A stretch of DNA of 64,000 nt. It comes from a candidate division WOR-3 bacterium (GTDB taxonomy: Bacteria; SDB-A). Of the stretch, positions 38,474-47,901 are shown piece by piece (within the stretch, counting starts at the first letter, position 1; every line of letters begins with the position of its first letter). Below the pieces are notes generated by a model. That model was not told where the DNA came from and searched no databases. It worked only from the letters and a program-made list of their open reading frames with translations. Location: contig JAFGSQ010000006.1 in assembly GCA_016934535.1 (NCBI GenBank), positions 2,617 through 66,616 of the forward strand, in the 5' to 3' direction. The position numbers and the translations under genes were made by a program.

Positions 38474-40750
38474 TTATTCCTCTATAGGATTTATGTACTG
38501 CAATTTTTTCTGTTCCGCATTGAATCCATGCATTGAAAGCAGAGACAAGAGCCATGCGAGTGTCGATTCGGCCCCCTGATTCAAGTTGGGTCCATCGGGA
38601 GTCAAGCCGTCTTTGCACCCGCCCGTCGTGTAATCGTAAAGAGGTTCATTCAAAACATTCTGGCCCAAAAACCAGTTGAAAGCAAGATGCGCCGTGTTGC
38701 TGTAAAGCTCGTTTCCCGTCATGTTGTATGCCAGAAGACATGTTTCGAGCATTGATTGAGCTTCAATAGGCTGTTGATCGAACATGGATTTTGTCTTGCC
38801 TTTTCTCAGCCAGTCTCTGTTGCCGACCGGACAGAAATAATTCTTTTCTATCTGCAGTTCTATCAGCCAATTCAAAAGTTTGTATCCTGTTTCTGTCATG
38901 TCGTTGCGCTGCATCCATTGTCCTGACAACAAGAGCGCCTGAGGCACTTTCGCGTTTGCATAAAACAGCTCGTCGTCGAACCACGGCCATTTTTCATCCG
39001 GCCGGTTTTTAATTTTTTCAAAAAGATAATTTGCCAATTTTTCGCGTATCCTGCGAACTTCGCTGTCACCGGAAAATCTTGCCAGGTACGCGTGTATTCC
39101 GACCAAAGCAAACGAAACTGAACGCGGATGCCTGAGTTCTTCCATCAATTTAATGGTTTTGTGAAAAAGAGTCGTGCTCAAAGCAACACAACCCCTGTCT
39201 TTTGACAGGGCCGCACTCACACCGAGACCCCATATTGCTCTGCCCTGGCTGTCTTCGGAACCTTTTTCTTCGAGCCAGGTTCTGTCAAAAGACATGAAGT
39301 TTCTGAACCATCCGTTCTTTTCATTGAAAGCGTGCTGGATGAACGCGAGATACTTTTTTTGAAATCTGAAAAATTGAGGATCTTCCGGAGTCAGACTTTG
39401 AGCCATCACCGATGCAATAAGAGCTCTCGAGTTGTCATCCATACAGTAACCGTGATTGTAATCAGGTATCGAATAAGTGGCGTGCTGTATTATTCCTGTA
39501 TCATCAGTCATTAGTAAAATGTGCCTGAAATCAATTTCGGGCAGGCTTGTCTTGTCCTGATCGAGTGTTTTCGTGTTGAAAAACACTCGCGCTTTTTTGA
39601 CTCTTTCATCCTTGACTTCGTTAAAAACAGCCAAGTAATCCACGGCGACCTGATTCCAAACTGCTTTTCGAAGATACGTGTAAGCCCGTTTTCTCATGGC
39701 GTTTCGTTTATTGTCGTCTTCGAGAAGTTCTATTACAGAATCAGCCAATCCGTCTGAATCCCTGAAATTCACCAAAATACCCCTGTCATCCGCCATCATT
39801 TCCTTGGCGTACCAATAAGGAGTCGATACAGAGGCTTTACCCACACCCATGGCGTAAGCGAGTGTTCCGGATACTATCTGCGCTTCTGAAAGATACGGAG
39901 TTACATATACGTCGCATGCGCCAAGGAATTCACAAAGTTCCTTTCTGTCGACAAAGCGGTTAAAAAACATAATATTCTGATCTACACCGATTGCTTTTGC
40001 ACGCCTGACAAGGTTTTGCCTGTATTCTTCACCCTGCGTTTTTTTTATGTTGGGATGAGTGGCTCCTACAACTATATAAACTGCGTCCGGGTGTTTTTTA
40101 ACAATTATCGGCAGAGCCTCTATCATAAATTCGATCCCTTTGTTTGGAGACAGAAGACCGAAGGTGAGGATTACTTTTTTTCCTTCCACGCCGAACTGGT
40201 CTTTGTAAAAATTTGGATCGACAAAGGGCATGTCAGGAATTCCGTGGTGTATTAAAGTAATCTTTTCTTCCGGGATATCGTATATATCTTTCAAAAAACA
40301 GCAAGCAGTCTCTGACATGACGACCAGCCTCGATGAAAGGGAAGCTATATCAATCAGCGTTTTTCTCTGCTTGTCTGACGGCTCTTTAAGCACAGTGTGC
40401 AAAGTCGTCACTACCGGCATTCTCAACCGGCGAATCAGTGAAAGAATGTATGTTCCCGTTTCGCCTCCGAAAATTCCGAATTCGTGTTGAAGCGACACAG
40501 CATCAATTTGGCTGATGTTCAGGTAATCAGAAGCAAGTACATATTCGCTCGATCTGTTCTGATTTATCTCAAAACGGACTTCTTTTGGATATTTGTATCC
40601 TTCAGATCTGTCGTTCATCGCCAGGGTCCAGCAATCAATTTCATTTCCGACATTAGAAATCGCCGTGACAAGGTCTGTAGTAAAAGTCGCTATTCCGCAC
40701 ATCCGCGGAAGGTAATTTCCTATGACAGCGATTGATCTGATTCTTTCCAA
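38474..40750 (-). CDS. Bifunctional-looking protein: N-terminal GT4 glycosyltransferase fused to a C-terminal (alpha/alpha)6-barrel glycoside-hydrolase-like domain
   Basis: The first ~400 aa are GT4 (YVTPYLSEAQIVSGTLAYAMGVGKASVSTP). The last ~350 aa are rich in aromatic/acidic residues in a six-hairpin-glycosidase-like pattern. Confidence 0.6.
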   Translation of the reverse strand: MERIRSIAVIGNYLPRMCGIATFTTDLVTAISNVGNEIDCWTLAMNDRSEGYKYPKEVRFEINQNRSSEYVLASDYLNISQIDAVSLQHEFGIFGGETGTYILSLIRRLRMPVVTTLHTVLKEPSDKQRKTLIDIASLSSRLVVMSETACCFLKDIYDIPEEKITLIHHGIPDMPFVDPNFYKDQFGVEGKKVILTFGLLSPNKGIEFMIEALPIIVKKHPDAVYIVVGATHPNIKKTQGEEYRQNLVRRAKAIGVDQNIMFFNRFVDRKELCEFLGACDVYVTPYLSEAQIVSGTLAYAMGVGKASVSTPYWYAKEMMADDRGILVNFRDSDGLADSVIELLEDDNKRNAMRKRAYTYLRKAVWNQVAVDYLAVFNEVKDERVKKARVFFNTKTLDQDKTSLPEIDFRHILLMTDDTGIIQHATYSIPDYNHGYCMDDNSRALIASVMAQSLTPEDPQFFRFQKKYLAFIQHAFNEKNGWFRNFMSFDRTWLEEKGSEDSQGRAIWGLGVSAALSKDRGCVALSTTLFHKTIKLMEELRHPRSVSFALVGIHAYLARFSGDSEVRRIREKLANYLFEKIKNRPDEKWPWFDDELFYANAKVPQALLLSGQWMQRNDMTETGYKLLNWLIELQIEKNYFCPVGNRDWLRKGKTKSMFDQQPIEAQSMLETCLLAYNMTGNELYSNTAHLAFNWFLGQNVLNEPLYDYTTGGCKDGLTPDGPNLNQGAESTLAWLLSLLSMHGFNAEQKKLQYINPIEE

Positions 40751-40798
40751 TTTTATATCCTTTTGTTATATTCCGTATCTATGAGATTTAACAACGCC

Positions 40799-41896
40799 TT
40801 ATTTGTTTTCAATTTCAAATCTTTTATCAATGAATTTAGAATTCATAATCCTCAATACCCCGAGATAATCCAATTTAAATTCAAGAAAATCTCCGGTTTT
40901 GTAATTTTTGGGATTGTCTCCAAGATCAATCACAAACATATCTGAACTGGCTCCAATTATTGAATATGAGTCGTCGGCAGGGAAAACATGGTTTTTATCT
41001 ACATCGAGTATACCTATGTCAATTATAGCCCGATGTGAATTTTTATTAGCTTCGTTTATATCATGTCTTTGACTTTCTCCCTCAATGTTAGTCCCCATAT
41101 CGCCTATTGGTATACTCGGTTTATTTTTAAGTTCGATTATTTCGCAGTATAGTTTAAAAACGTCAGGATGAAGGTCTTTTAACGGCGCTCCGTTGTAGAC
41201 ATCCGTTCCCAAAAACAGAGATTCTCCCACTCTGAAATGATTTATTCCCCTGGGCAAAAGATTTTGAAAAATTAAAGGTATGGTAACAGAGGCTCCCCCT
41301 GAAACAAGCGGAATCCTTTTTCCGAATTTAGCTTCAATTAATTGCTTATATAAACTTAACTGTATTAGTTTATCATGATTCGGAAGCACTCCATTCAAAC
41401 AAGCAAGGTTTGTCCCAATTCCAACAACTTCTATATTTGGAAGTTCGAATATTTTTAAATAAAAATCCATCAATCTGTCTCTCATGACACCTTCTCTAAG
41501 CTCCCCCATCTCAATCATAATAATAATCTTATGTATTTTGTTCTGACACTGGGCTTCTTTGGATAAAAGGCCAACGGTTTTCAATTCTGTATTAAGACTA
41601 ATATCTGCATATTTTACGACACTTGGAATTGATTTCTGTGGCGGGGGTTTTATGTAAATCGTTTCAACGCCGGGATCTATACTTTTAACCATCTTCAAGC
41701 TCGAAAGTCTCGAGTCGCAGACCTGATCTACGTTTAATTTCAGCACTTCTTCGAGATATTCTCTGTTTCCGCAGAGAAGTTTAGTGACTACGGCCCATTT
41801 TATTTCGTGTTTTTTAAATATCTTGTCGAGATATTTGTAGTTAGACCTTAATTTTGAGCTGTTTAATGTTATTTTGGCCATATCACTATTTGGCAA
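40799..41896 (-). CDS. PLP-dependent fold-type III enzyme, alanine/ornithine racemase-like (YhfX/Orr family)
   Basis: 365 aa with an N-terminal TIM-barrel-like segment carrying the Lys (WAVVTKLLCGN) and a C-terminal beta domain. The assignment is tentative. Confidence 0.45.
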   Translation of the reverse strand: MPNSDMAKITLNSSKLRSNYKYLDKIFKKHEIKWAVVTKLLCGNREYLEEVLKLNVDQVCDSRLSSLKMVKSIDPGVETIYIKPPPQKSIPSVVKYADISLNTELKTVGLLSKEAQCQNKIHKIIIMIEMGELREGVMRDRLMDFYLKIFELPNIEVVGIGTNLACLNGVLPNHDKLIQLSLYKQLIEAKFGKRIPLVSGGASVTIPLIFQNLLPRGINHFRVGESLFLGTDVYNGAPLKDLHPDVFKLYCEIIELKNKPSIPIGDMGTNIEGESQRHDINEANKNSHRAIIDIGILDVDKNHVFPADDSYSIIGASSDMFVIDLGDNPKNYKTGDFLEFKLDYLGVLRIMNSKFIDKRFEIENK

Positions 41897-42326
41897 GTCT
41901 CATTTCGAGATACTTGTTTGTGAAACCGGATTTTTCATAGAGGAATCTCGCCGGATTGTCAGGTTCGACATGAAGCTTAATGTTTCCATCCGCTTTTTCA
42001 ATAGTATTTCTCAGCAGTTCTTTGCCTATTCCTTTTCCCCTGTTCTCTCTCTTTGTGGCTATATAGACGAGAATATTTTCAGGAATGTAGTCTTTCATTC
42101 CGGTCCTGTTGACGACAACCGCGCCCAGAATATCGTTTTCGGAATTGTATGTAATGACAAATCCACCGAATGATTCTATATTTTTCAATGCGTAATCGAC
42201 CGCTTTTTCAATCGCTGGTTTAGGGTCTCCGTATTTGTCTAAATTTTCAAAAAGAAAATCGACAATTTTACTTTTTTCAATGGGAGCCGGCTTGTTATCC
42301 GGTCTGTAAATTTTTATTTCTGCCAT
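41886..42326 (-). CDS. GNAT-family N-acetyltransferase
   Basis: 146 aa with the RENRGKGIGKELL motif. Confidence 0.75.
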   Translation of the reverse strand: MAEIKIYRPDNKPAPIEKSKIVDFLFENLDKYGDPKPAIEKAVDYALKNIESFGGFVITYNSENDILGAVVVNRTGMKDYIPENILVYIATKRENRGKGIGKELLRNTIEKADGNIKLHVEPDNPARFLYEKSGFTNKYLEMRLAK

Positions 42327-42395
42327 GATATAACTCCTTTCATATACATAAGGATTGAGATAGAGCTTTCAAAATCTCAATATAAAATCCTGCCG

Positions 42396-42818
42396 TCAAG
42401 TCTTTGAACTGTGAATTTTCTCTGCGAAAGCCAAAACATGACCGTCCGGATCCGAAAAGTAACAAGTTCTGTCACCCCAGTTTCTTTTCTCTATCGGGCT
42501 AATCTCTACAGCTCCTGTTTTTTTGGCGTTTTCGTATTCAAATTCAAGATCTTCGACATATAGGTATAATTCGCACCTCGGAATACCGTTTCCTTTTGAC
42601 GGATGAAGAGTTTTTTCTTTTAATATAGACGCAATACCGTCATTTGGCATAATGCCTAATCTTAAGTTTTCAAAGACATCGAATTCTGTCATCCCCGGGA
42701 CATCAAGATCAGGTTCCTTCCTGAAAATATTTTTGTAAAATTCAGCGCTCCTTTTCTGATCACTGACATAAAGCACTGTTAGGAAACACTTTACATGTTC
42801 AAGCAATTTACTCTCCAT
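42396..42818 (-). CDS. VOC-family protein (glyoxalase/bleomycin-resistance/dioxygenase fold)
   Basis: 140 aa with paired beta-alpha-beta-beta-beta modules and the C-terminal DPDGHVLAF motif typical of VOC proteins. Confidence 0.7.
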   Translation of the reverse strand: MESKLLEHVKCFLTVLYVSDQKRSAEFYKNIFRKEPDLDVPGMTEFDVFENLRLGIMPNDGIASILKEKTLHPSKGNGIPRCELYLYVEDLEFEYENAKKTGAVEISPIEKRNWGDRTCYFSDPDGHVLAFAEKIHSSKT

Positions 42819-43022
42819 TTTATTGATTTTTTGAAATTTTTTAAGAGTTTATTAAAGAAAAACAACATCAAATATATATTATATCATAACATGCATGTAA
42901 AATATTGTCAAGGTAAAGGTAAAAATGAATCAGTTTCTGTAAAATATGAACAGCGCGCAGCCATTTCCGTGTTTTTTCTACATAAAAGGCTTATAAAAGT
43001 ATGAATTTTTATATTTTACAAT

Positions 43023-43754
43023 TCATTTTATCAAACTTACAATACCGATGTATTGACCCTTTTCTAATTCAGAATGCTCTATTGTCTCAAAAAAAACATT
43101 ATAACCTGCTTGTTCAAGGAGATCCTGCCAGGTCTTTTGATGAAAAATTCCGTTTATTGAAAGATCGTCCTCGAACCGTATTTCACCTTTTTCGTTCATC
43201 AGAATATACGCGAAATAAGTTTCTGTCAGATTATCGTCCGGGTCGTCATCTTTCATCCATTCCAAATATCTCATGCTTCTTTCTTTTCTGTCGTGTCCTC
43301 CATGGCTCGTTTGAGGCTTGAAAGTTTCCTTGAAGTAATCCGGTGCCATGAACAAAATTCCGTCTTTTTTCAGGTGTTCCATGGCCGTGATGAAAGTTTT
43401 GAAAAGATCTTCTTCCGTTGTCATATACATTATTGCGTCGTGAATGAAAACAAGGTCGAATTTTTCTCCAAGCCTTACTACCCTCATGTCGCCTTCAAAA
43501 TGTCTGCATTCGGGATTTAATAACTTGCTGACCTCAAGCATACCCGGAGAGATGTCGACTAAAGTCATGTTGTAATGTTTCTTAAAGAACGATGCGTTAC
43601 TGCCTCCTCCGCATCCAAGTTCAAGAGCGCATTTTATATCTTTCTTGTATTTTTCAATTATTTTTATATAAAGTCCGGATTCTTCCTCGTAATCCTCGGG
43701 AGCGGACAACACGGGCCACCACTTGGAGAGTTCATTATAGAGTTTCACGTTCAC
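43023..43754 (-). CDS. Class I SAM-dependent methyltransferase
   Basis: Motif I LELGCGGGSN, motif post-I VDISPGM and motif II region DLVFIHDAIMYM. Confidence 0.8.
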   Translation of the reverse strand: MNVKLYNELSKWWPVLSAPEDYEEESGLYIKIIEKYKKDIKCALELGCGGGSNASFFKKHYNMTLVDISPGMLEVSKLLNPECRHFEGDMRVVRLGEKFDLVFIHDAIMYMTTEEDLFKTFITAMEHLKKDGILFMAPDYFKETFKPQTSHGGHDRKERSMRYLEWMKDDDPDDNLTETYFAYILMNEKGEIRFEDDLSINGIFHQKTWQDLLEQAGYNVFFETIEHSELEKGQYIGIVSLIK

Positions 43755-43789
43755 CTCCCTTTTTTCTGTCGCTTGGTTCGACCTTTTCT

Positions 43790-44341
43790 CTAGCGAATAT
43801 AATTGACAAGGTCAAGATTCCTTTTCGGCGCTTCCGGTTGTGTATCCATTGCTTTGTATCCGAGAGCGATTGAATAAAGCGGTTCGTATCCTTCCGGAAT
43901 GCAGATTTTTTTATTAACTTCATCTTTTAAACCGAAAAGCACAAATCCCAGCCAAATTGAACCTATATTGAGGCTTTCAGCCGCTATCAACATGTTCTGC
44001 GTTGCAGCACAACAGTCAATTTTATATGTTATGGCGTCTTTTTTCCCCGAAATCACAATTAGCGTCGGCGCTTTGTAAGTAATGTCATATTCAGGATTTT
44101 TACCGGCATTTTTAATCCATTCATTGTCAAGAGACGACATGAACTTTTTTGCTTCAACATTTATCAGATCAATTATTTTTCTGTCCTGAATTACAGTGAA
44201 ATACCAGGGTTGAGTATTGTGACCTGAAGGAGCGTACATGCCGGCCTCTATAATCCGGTCAAGTTCCTCCTGCTTTATCTGTTCTTTTTTATAAGCTCTT
44301 ATACTTCTTCTTCTCTTTATAGTCTGAAGTACATCATTCAT
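43790..44341 (-). CDS. Nitroreductase-family FMN-dependent oxidoreductase
   Basis: Nitroreductase signature RRSIRAYKKEQI...APSGHNTQPW; 183 aa. Confidence 0.85.
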   Translation of the reverse strand: MNDVLQTIKRRRSIRAYKKEQIKQEELDRIIEAGMYAPSGHNTQPWYFTVIQDRKIIDLINVEAKKFMSSLDNEWIKNAGKNPEYDITYKAPTLIVISGKKDAITYKIDCCAATQNMLIAAESLNIGSIWLGFVLFGLKDEVNKKICIPEGYEPLYSIALGYKAMDTQPEAPKRNLDLVNYIR

Positions 44342-44360
44342 CTATGCCCTCCTTTTGTGC

Positions 44361-44753
44361 TTATTTGTCACCTAATTCATCTCCTGCATTCAATCTCTCT
44401 TTCAACTCAATGCTCATCTCGAGGAAATCCCTGTAAGCCTTATCTCTTTGTTTAAACATTGAAAAATAGACTGAAAATATGTTATAGAATTCATCGGAAG
44501 TACAATAATCGAAAAGAATGATTCCATCGAAGCAATTGACTTTCTGAATAATAAACGGAAGAACAAAATCGTTGAAATATCTGTCGAAGTGTTCTTCGAC
44601 AAATCTTAGTCCGTCTATACCCGTGTGATAATCAACAATACTCTTCCTTTTTTCAAAATCTCTTATGACACCAATATTTCCGCTGCCGGTCATATCCTCA
44701 TACGTGCTTTTTTGCAGATTTATCCGGGATAATGTTCCCATTAAATTAATCAC
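44361..44753 (-). CDS. Hypothetical protein (130 aa)
   Basis: The ORF starts 3 nt after the stop of the preceding small membrane ORF. No recognisable family. Confidence 0.35.
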   Translation of the reverse strand: MINLMGTLSRINLQKSTYEDMTGSGNIGVIRDFEKRKSIVDYHTGIDGLRFVEEHFDRYFNDFVLPFIIQKVNCFDGIILFDYCTSDEFYNIFSVYFSMFKQRDKAYRDFLEMSIELKERLNAGDELGDK

Positions 44754-44755
44754 CG

Positions 44756-45052
44756 CTAACGCAGAATCCTCTGAGAAAAACCATCGGCCATAGATAAAAC
44801 CAGAGGAGACGCTCTTTCGAGCCAGGTGCTGTCTTTCTCTATTTGTGTCTCCAGTTCCTCTATATTGAATTGTATGTCCTGAAGAAAACCGGCGATATAT
44901 TTTTTTTCCAACTGTCTCTCCTGAAAATCCGATCTCCAGTTATTAAGAACAAAGCCGGCTGTTACGCCAAGAAAAACCACTAAAAGTTCAAGTGTCAATT
45001 TAAACAATAAACTTCCGCGATCTTGTTTTGGGTTATTTTTGTTTTTGGACAT
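44756..45052 (-). CDS. Hypothetical small single-pass membrane protein (98 aa)
   Basis: N-terminal basic stretch, one TM helix (LLFKLTLELLVVFLGVTAGFVL), then a predicted coiled coil. Confidence 0.35.
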   Translation of the reverse strand: MSKNKNNPKQDRGSLLFKLTLELLVVFLGVTAGFVLNNWRSDFQERQLEKKYIAGFLQDIQFNIEELETQIEKDSTWLERASPLVLSMADGFSQRILR

Positions 45053-45144
45053 TTTTATCCATGATATTATTTCTTGTAACTATATTCAACATCATAAAAT
45101 CGGCGATGATTAAAAAATTCCGAATTGCAATGAGAGCGACTAGT

Positions 45145-45912
45145 TCATAAAATATTTTCTTTTTTTAAAATGTTTTTCAATCTTGTCATGGACACGTATC
45201 TGTCTGCGAGAAGTTGTCCGTCGTAAATCAGGTTGAACGTCGCGTACAAAGAAGGCGCCTTCTGGGCTTCGGCGGGGGTTTTAAGTTCTTTAATTTTTAT
45301 ATTCTCGTCAAGTCCGGATGCGTGTATTTCCTGAATAAGCCTCGCCACCCATGGACACTGCTTTGAATATACTATGTTAATGCCCTTATATTTTAACAGC
45401 TGTTTTTTCCAGTCATTAAATCTTGGAAGCGGAGCTCCTTTAAAAGAACGCACCAGCAATTCATTCGAGGAACCGTCCTTTTCAGTTTCTATGAAGCCGT
45501 TTTTAATAAAAAGCCTTTTATCAGCCATAAAAGGTCCGGAACTTGTCACGACAGCAACACCCGGGCATCCCGATTTTTTTGCATCCTGAAGACACTCTTC
45601 TATTAACTTAGATCCATATCCGCGACCCTTGTTTTTATTAGGGTAGACATAAAGGCAGTGAATGAACATGTATTCCTGGGCTGATACAGCGCGCCAGGCA
45701 TTCTCTCCGGGAACGTACTCGATGAAACCGGCAGGTCTTTTTTGATTTTCAGGAAATAAAAGTTTAATTCTCAATCCCTCAGAGAATCGTTTTTTCAGCC
45801 ATCCGGTTTTCAAAGGGTGCGAGCTGTGTTTAGGATTGATAAAGCAAATTATTTCAGGATATTCTTTGTAGTTTTTTCCGTCGACATTTACTATTTTGAC
45901 CAAATTCTTCAT
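45145..45912 (-). CDS. YoaP-like protein: GNAT N-acetyltransferase fused to a YoaP-type C-terminal domain
   Basis: GNAT core (NKGRGYGSKLIEE), then a C-terminal domain with a CPW motif as in Bacillus YoaP. Confidence 0.6.
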   Translation of the reverse strand: MKNLVKIVNVDGKNYKEYPEIICFINPKHSSHPLKTGWLKKRFSEGLRIKLLFPENQKRPAGFIEYVPGENAWRAVSAQEYMFIHCLYVYPNKNKGRGYGSKLIEECLQDAKKSGCPGVAVVTSSGPFMADKRLFIKNGFIETEKDGSSNELLVRSFKGAPLPRFNDWKKQLLKYKGINIVYSKQCPWVARLIQEIHASGLDENIKIKELKTPAEAQKAPSLYATFNLIYDGQLLADRYVSMTRLKNILKKENIL

Positions 45913-46006
45913 TGTTTACCACCCTTATTAATATTCAAGTAAAACATAAATAACCGGCAGGCACTTTTTCCCGACGACAATGACACTTTCGCCGTGACAC
46001 ACAAAT

Positions 46007-47755
46007 TTATTCAGCCAGTTTATTGTCTAATACAGATCTCTCTACAATAAGATCTTTGAACACGTCCTCAAGAATTTCTTTTGTGGTCGCGTAATCCTTG
46101 ATTTTCAGAATTAACTCCCTTATACCGACTTTGGACATTGATCTTGCTATAAAAGAAAGGATTTGTATCTGCATGTCGACGTCGTCCTGAGGCGTCAGGA
46201 TAAGGAAAACGAGCTGAGAAGGTTTTCCGTCTGGGGAATCCCAGTCTATGCCGGTTTCACTTTTACCGAAAACAACTACAGGCTTCTTCAATTCTTTCAT
46301 TCTCGCGTGCGGAACTGCTATACCCTCCTCTAAAGCCGTACTGACAAGTTCTTCTCGGGCAGAGACTTCATTCAGTATCAATGATTTTTCAAGTCCGCAG
46401 ATATCCGAAGCGGACGCACATAGTATTTCAAGAGCTTTGAATTTTTCCTCTACGCCAAGGTCTTCGATGATGCCTTTTCTTGAAAATTTTAAAACGCCTT
46501 GTCCTCTGTATCTTTTTCCGACTACAAACGACAGCCATGGCCCTAAAATTATTGAAGAAATGATCGCACCGGCAATTATAGCTACATAGACGCTTTGCGT
46601 TATAAGACCGAGCTCCACGGCCAGAGTGCTTATTACAATGTGCATCTCTCCGCCAGGTGTGTGGAGAACCGCTATGGTGGCTCTGTTTTGCCTTGGTGTT
46701 CTGGCGAAAATGGTCCCAATGTATGCCGCCAAAAATCTAGCGATTATACCGATGAGAGACATAAATGCGACGAGAAATAAATCGAGATTTGCAAGTATAT
46801 CGAATTTCAAGCCTATGTTGACAAAAAACAGGGGCACAAAAACTGCGTGAACTATGTGCGATATAGTCGTCCTCGTCTTTTCCGAAAGATCTTTAGCCTC
46901 TCCCGCTATCATTCCGGCTATAAAAAAACCGAAAAGAGCGTGAATTCCTATTCTTTGCGTCATTGCGCCGAAAGCGAGTCCTGTGAGGACGACAGCAGTC
47001 AAGGCATAGCCTGAATTATCGTGTGTTCTTTTCTTTATCTGCGTAACTATAAAAGAAATGACGTGCCTGCCGGCAGTCAAAGCGGCAACAGTGAACAATA
47101 GTGTCGCGCCGGCTATTTTCAGCGTAAAAACAATGTCGAACGATCCGTGAGAAAATATTCCGAGGACAATGGTGAATATCATCCAGCCGATGATGTCGTT
47201 AATTGAAAGGCAGGAGATGACTAGAAATCCCATGTCCGTCTTCAGCAGGTTCATGTCCTTCATAGCTCTTATTGCTACGGGCAAAGCGCTTATTGTCATA
47301 ATAGTGCTCAAAAAAACCGTGAACAGAATCCTGTTGTCCGGATCAACCAGATATTTCGACGGCAGAAAATATATGAAAATCCCGCTTATTATCATCGGAA
47401 GAAAGATGTCGAACGAAGAAATCTTCGCCGCTTTTTTCTTTTGTTTCCAAATACTTGAAAAGTTCACTTCGAGTCCTGTAGAAAGAAGAAGTAAAAGAAT
47501 TCCCGTCCACGCGATAGTCTCAAGCATGTTGCGTTGTATTATGTCGTCAGGGAACAAAGCGCCGAAAAAATTTGGGAACAAGCGTCCTATTATAGTCGGC
47601 CCCCAAATTATACCTACAAGTATATCCGCAGTAACCGTAGGTTGTTTCAAGCGGGAAAAAATAAGACCTAATAATTTCGCCGAAGAAAGAAGAACAAAAA
47701 TCTGTAAAAGAAACAGGAGAATATGACTTTCGTCAAGAAAGTGAACTCCGCCCAA
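46007..47755 (-). CDS. Cation:proton antiporter (CPA2/KefB-like) fused to a C-terminal PTS EIIA(Ntr/fructose)-type domain
   Basis: ~400 aa polytopic Na+/H+-exchanger-like membrane domain. The C-terminal ~150 aa carry the EIIA-2 signature, including the phosphorylatable His context GIAVPHARM. Confidence 0.75.
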   Translation of the reverse strand: MGGVHFLDESHILLFLLQIFVLLSSAKLLGLIFSRLKQPTVTADILVGIIWGPTIIGRLFPNFFGALFPDDIIQRNMLETIAWTGILLLLLSTGLEVNFSSIWKQKKKAAKISSFDIFLPMIISGIFIYFLPSKYLVDPDNRILFTVFLSTIMTISALPVAIRAMKDMNLLKTDMGFLVISCLSINDIIGWMIFTIVLGIFSHGSFDIVFTLKIAGATLLFTVAALTAGRHVISFIVTQIKKRTHDNSGYALTAVVLTGLAFGAMTQRIGIHALFGFFIAGMIAGEAKDLSEKTRTTISHIVHAVFVPLFFVNIGLKFDILANLDLFLVAFMSLIGIIARFLAAYIGTIFARTPRQNRATIAVLHTPGGEMHIVISTLAVELGLITQSVYVAIIAGAIISSIILGPWLSFVVGKRYRGQGVLKFSRKGIIEDLGVEEKFKALEILCASASDICGLEKSLILNEVSAREELVSTALEEGIAVPHARMKELKKPVVVFGKSETGIDWDSPDGKPSQLVFLILTPQDDVDMQIQILSFIARSMSKVGIRELILKIKDYATTKEILEDVFKDLIVERSVLDNKLAE

Positions 47756-47901
47756 GACACCGCCTTCTTTGAAGTCAAATAAATCTTGTGTCGCAAGTGA
47801 AATTTAACATTTATCCTGCAGGATTTGAAGAAAATTCAATTCATTTCGCAACTCGTGTCGCTAAACCGGCATAATATATGTGTTATTTTCGCAGGGTTAT
47901 T

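Noticed and set aside
42354-42381. 8-bp inverted repeat ATTGAGAT...ATCTCAAT between the VOC and GNAT genes
   Set aside because: Short AT-rich stem without a flanking T-run. It could be a weak terminator or chance. Not reported as a feature.
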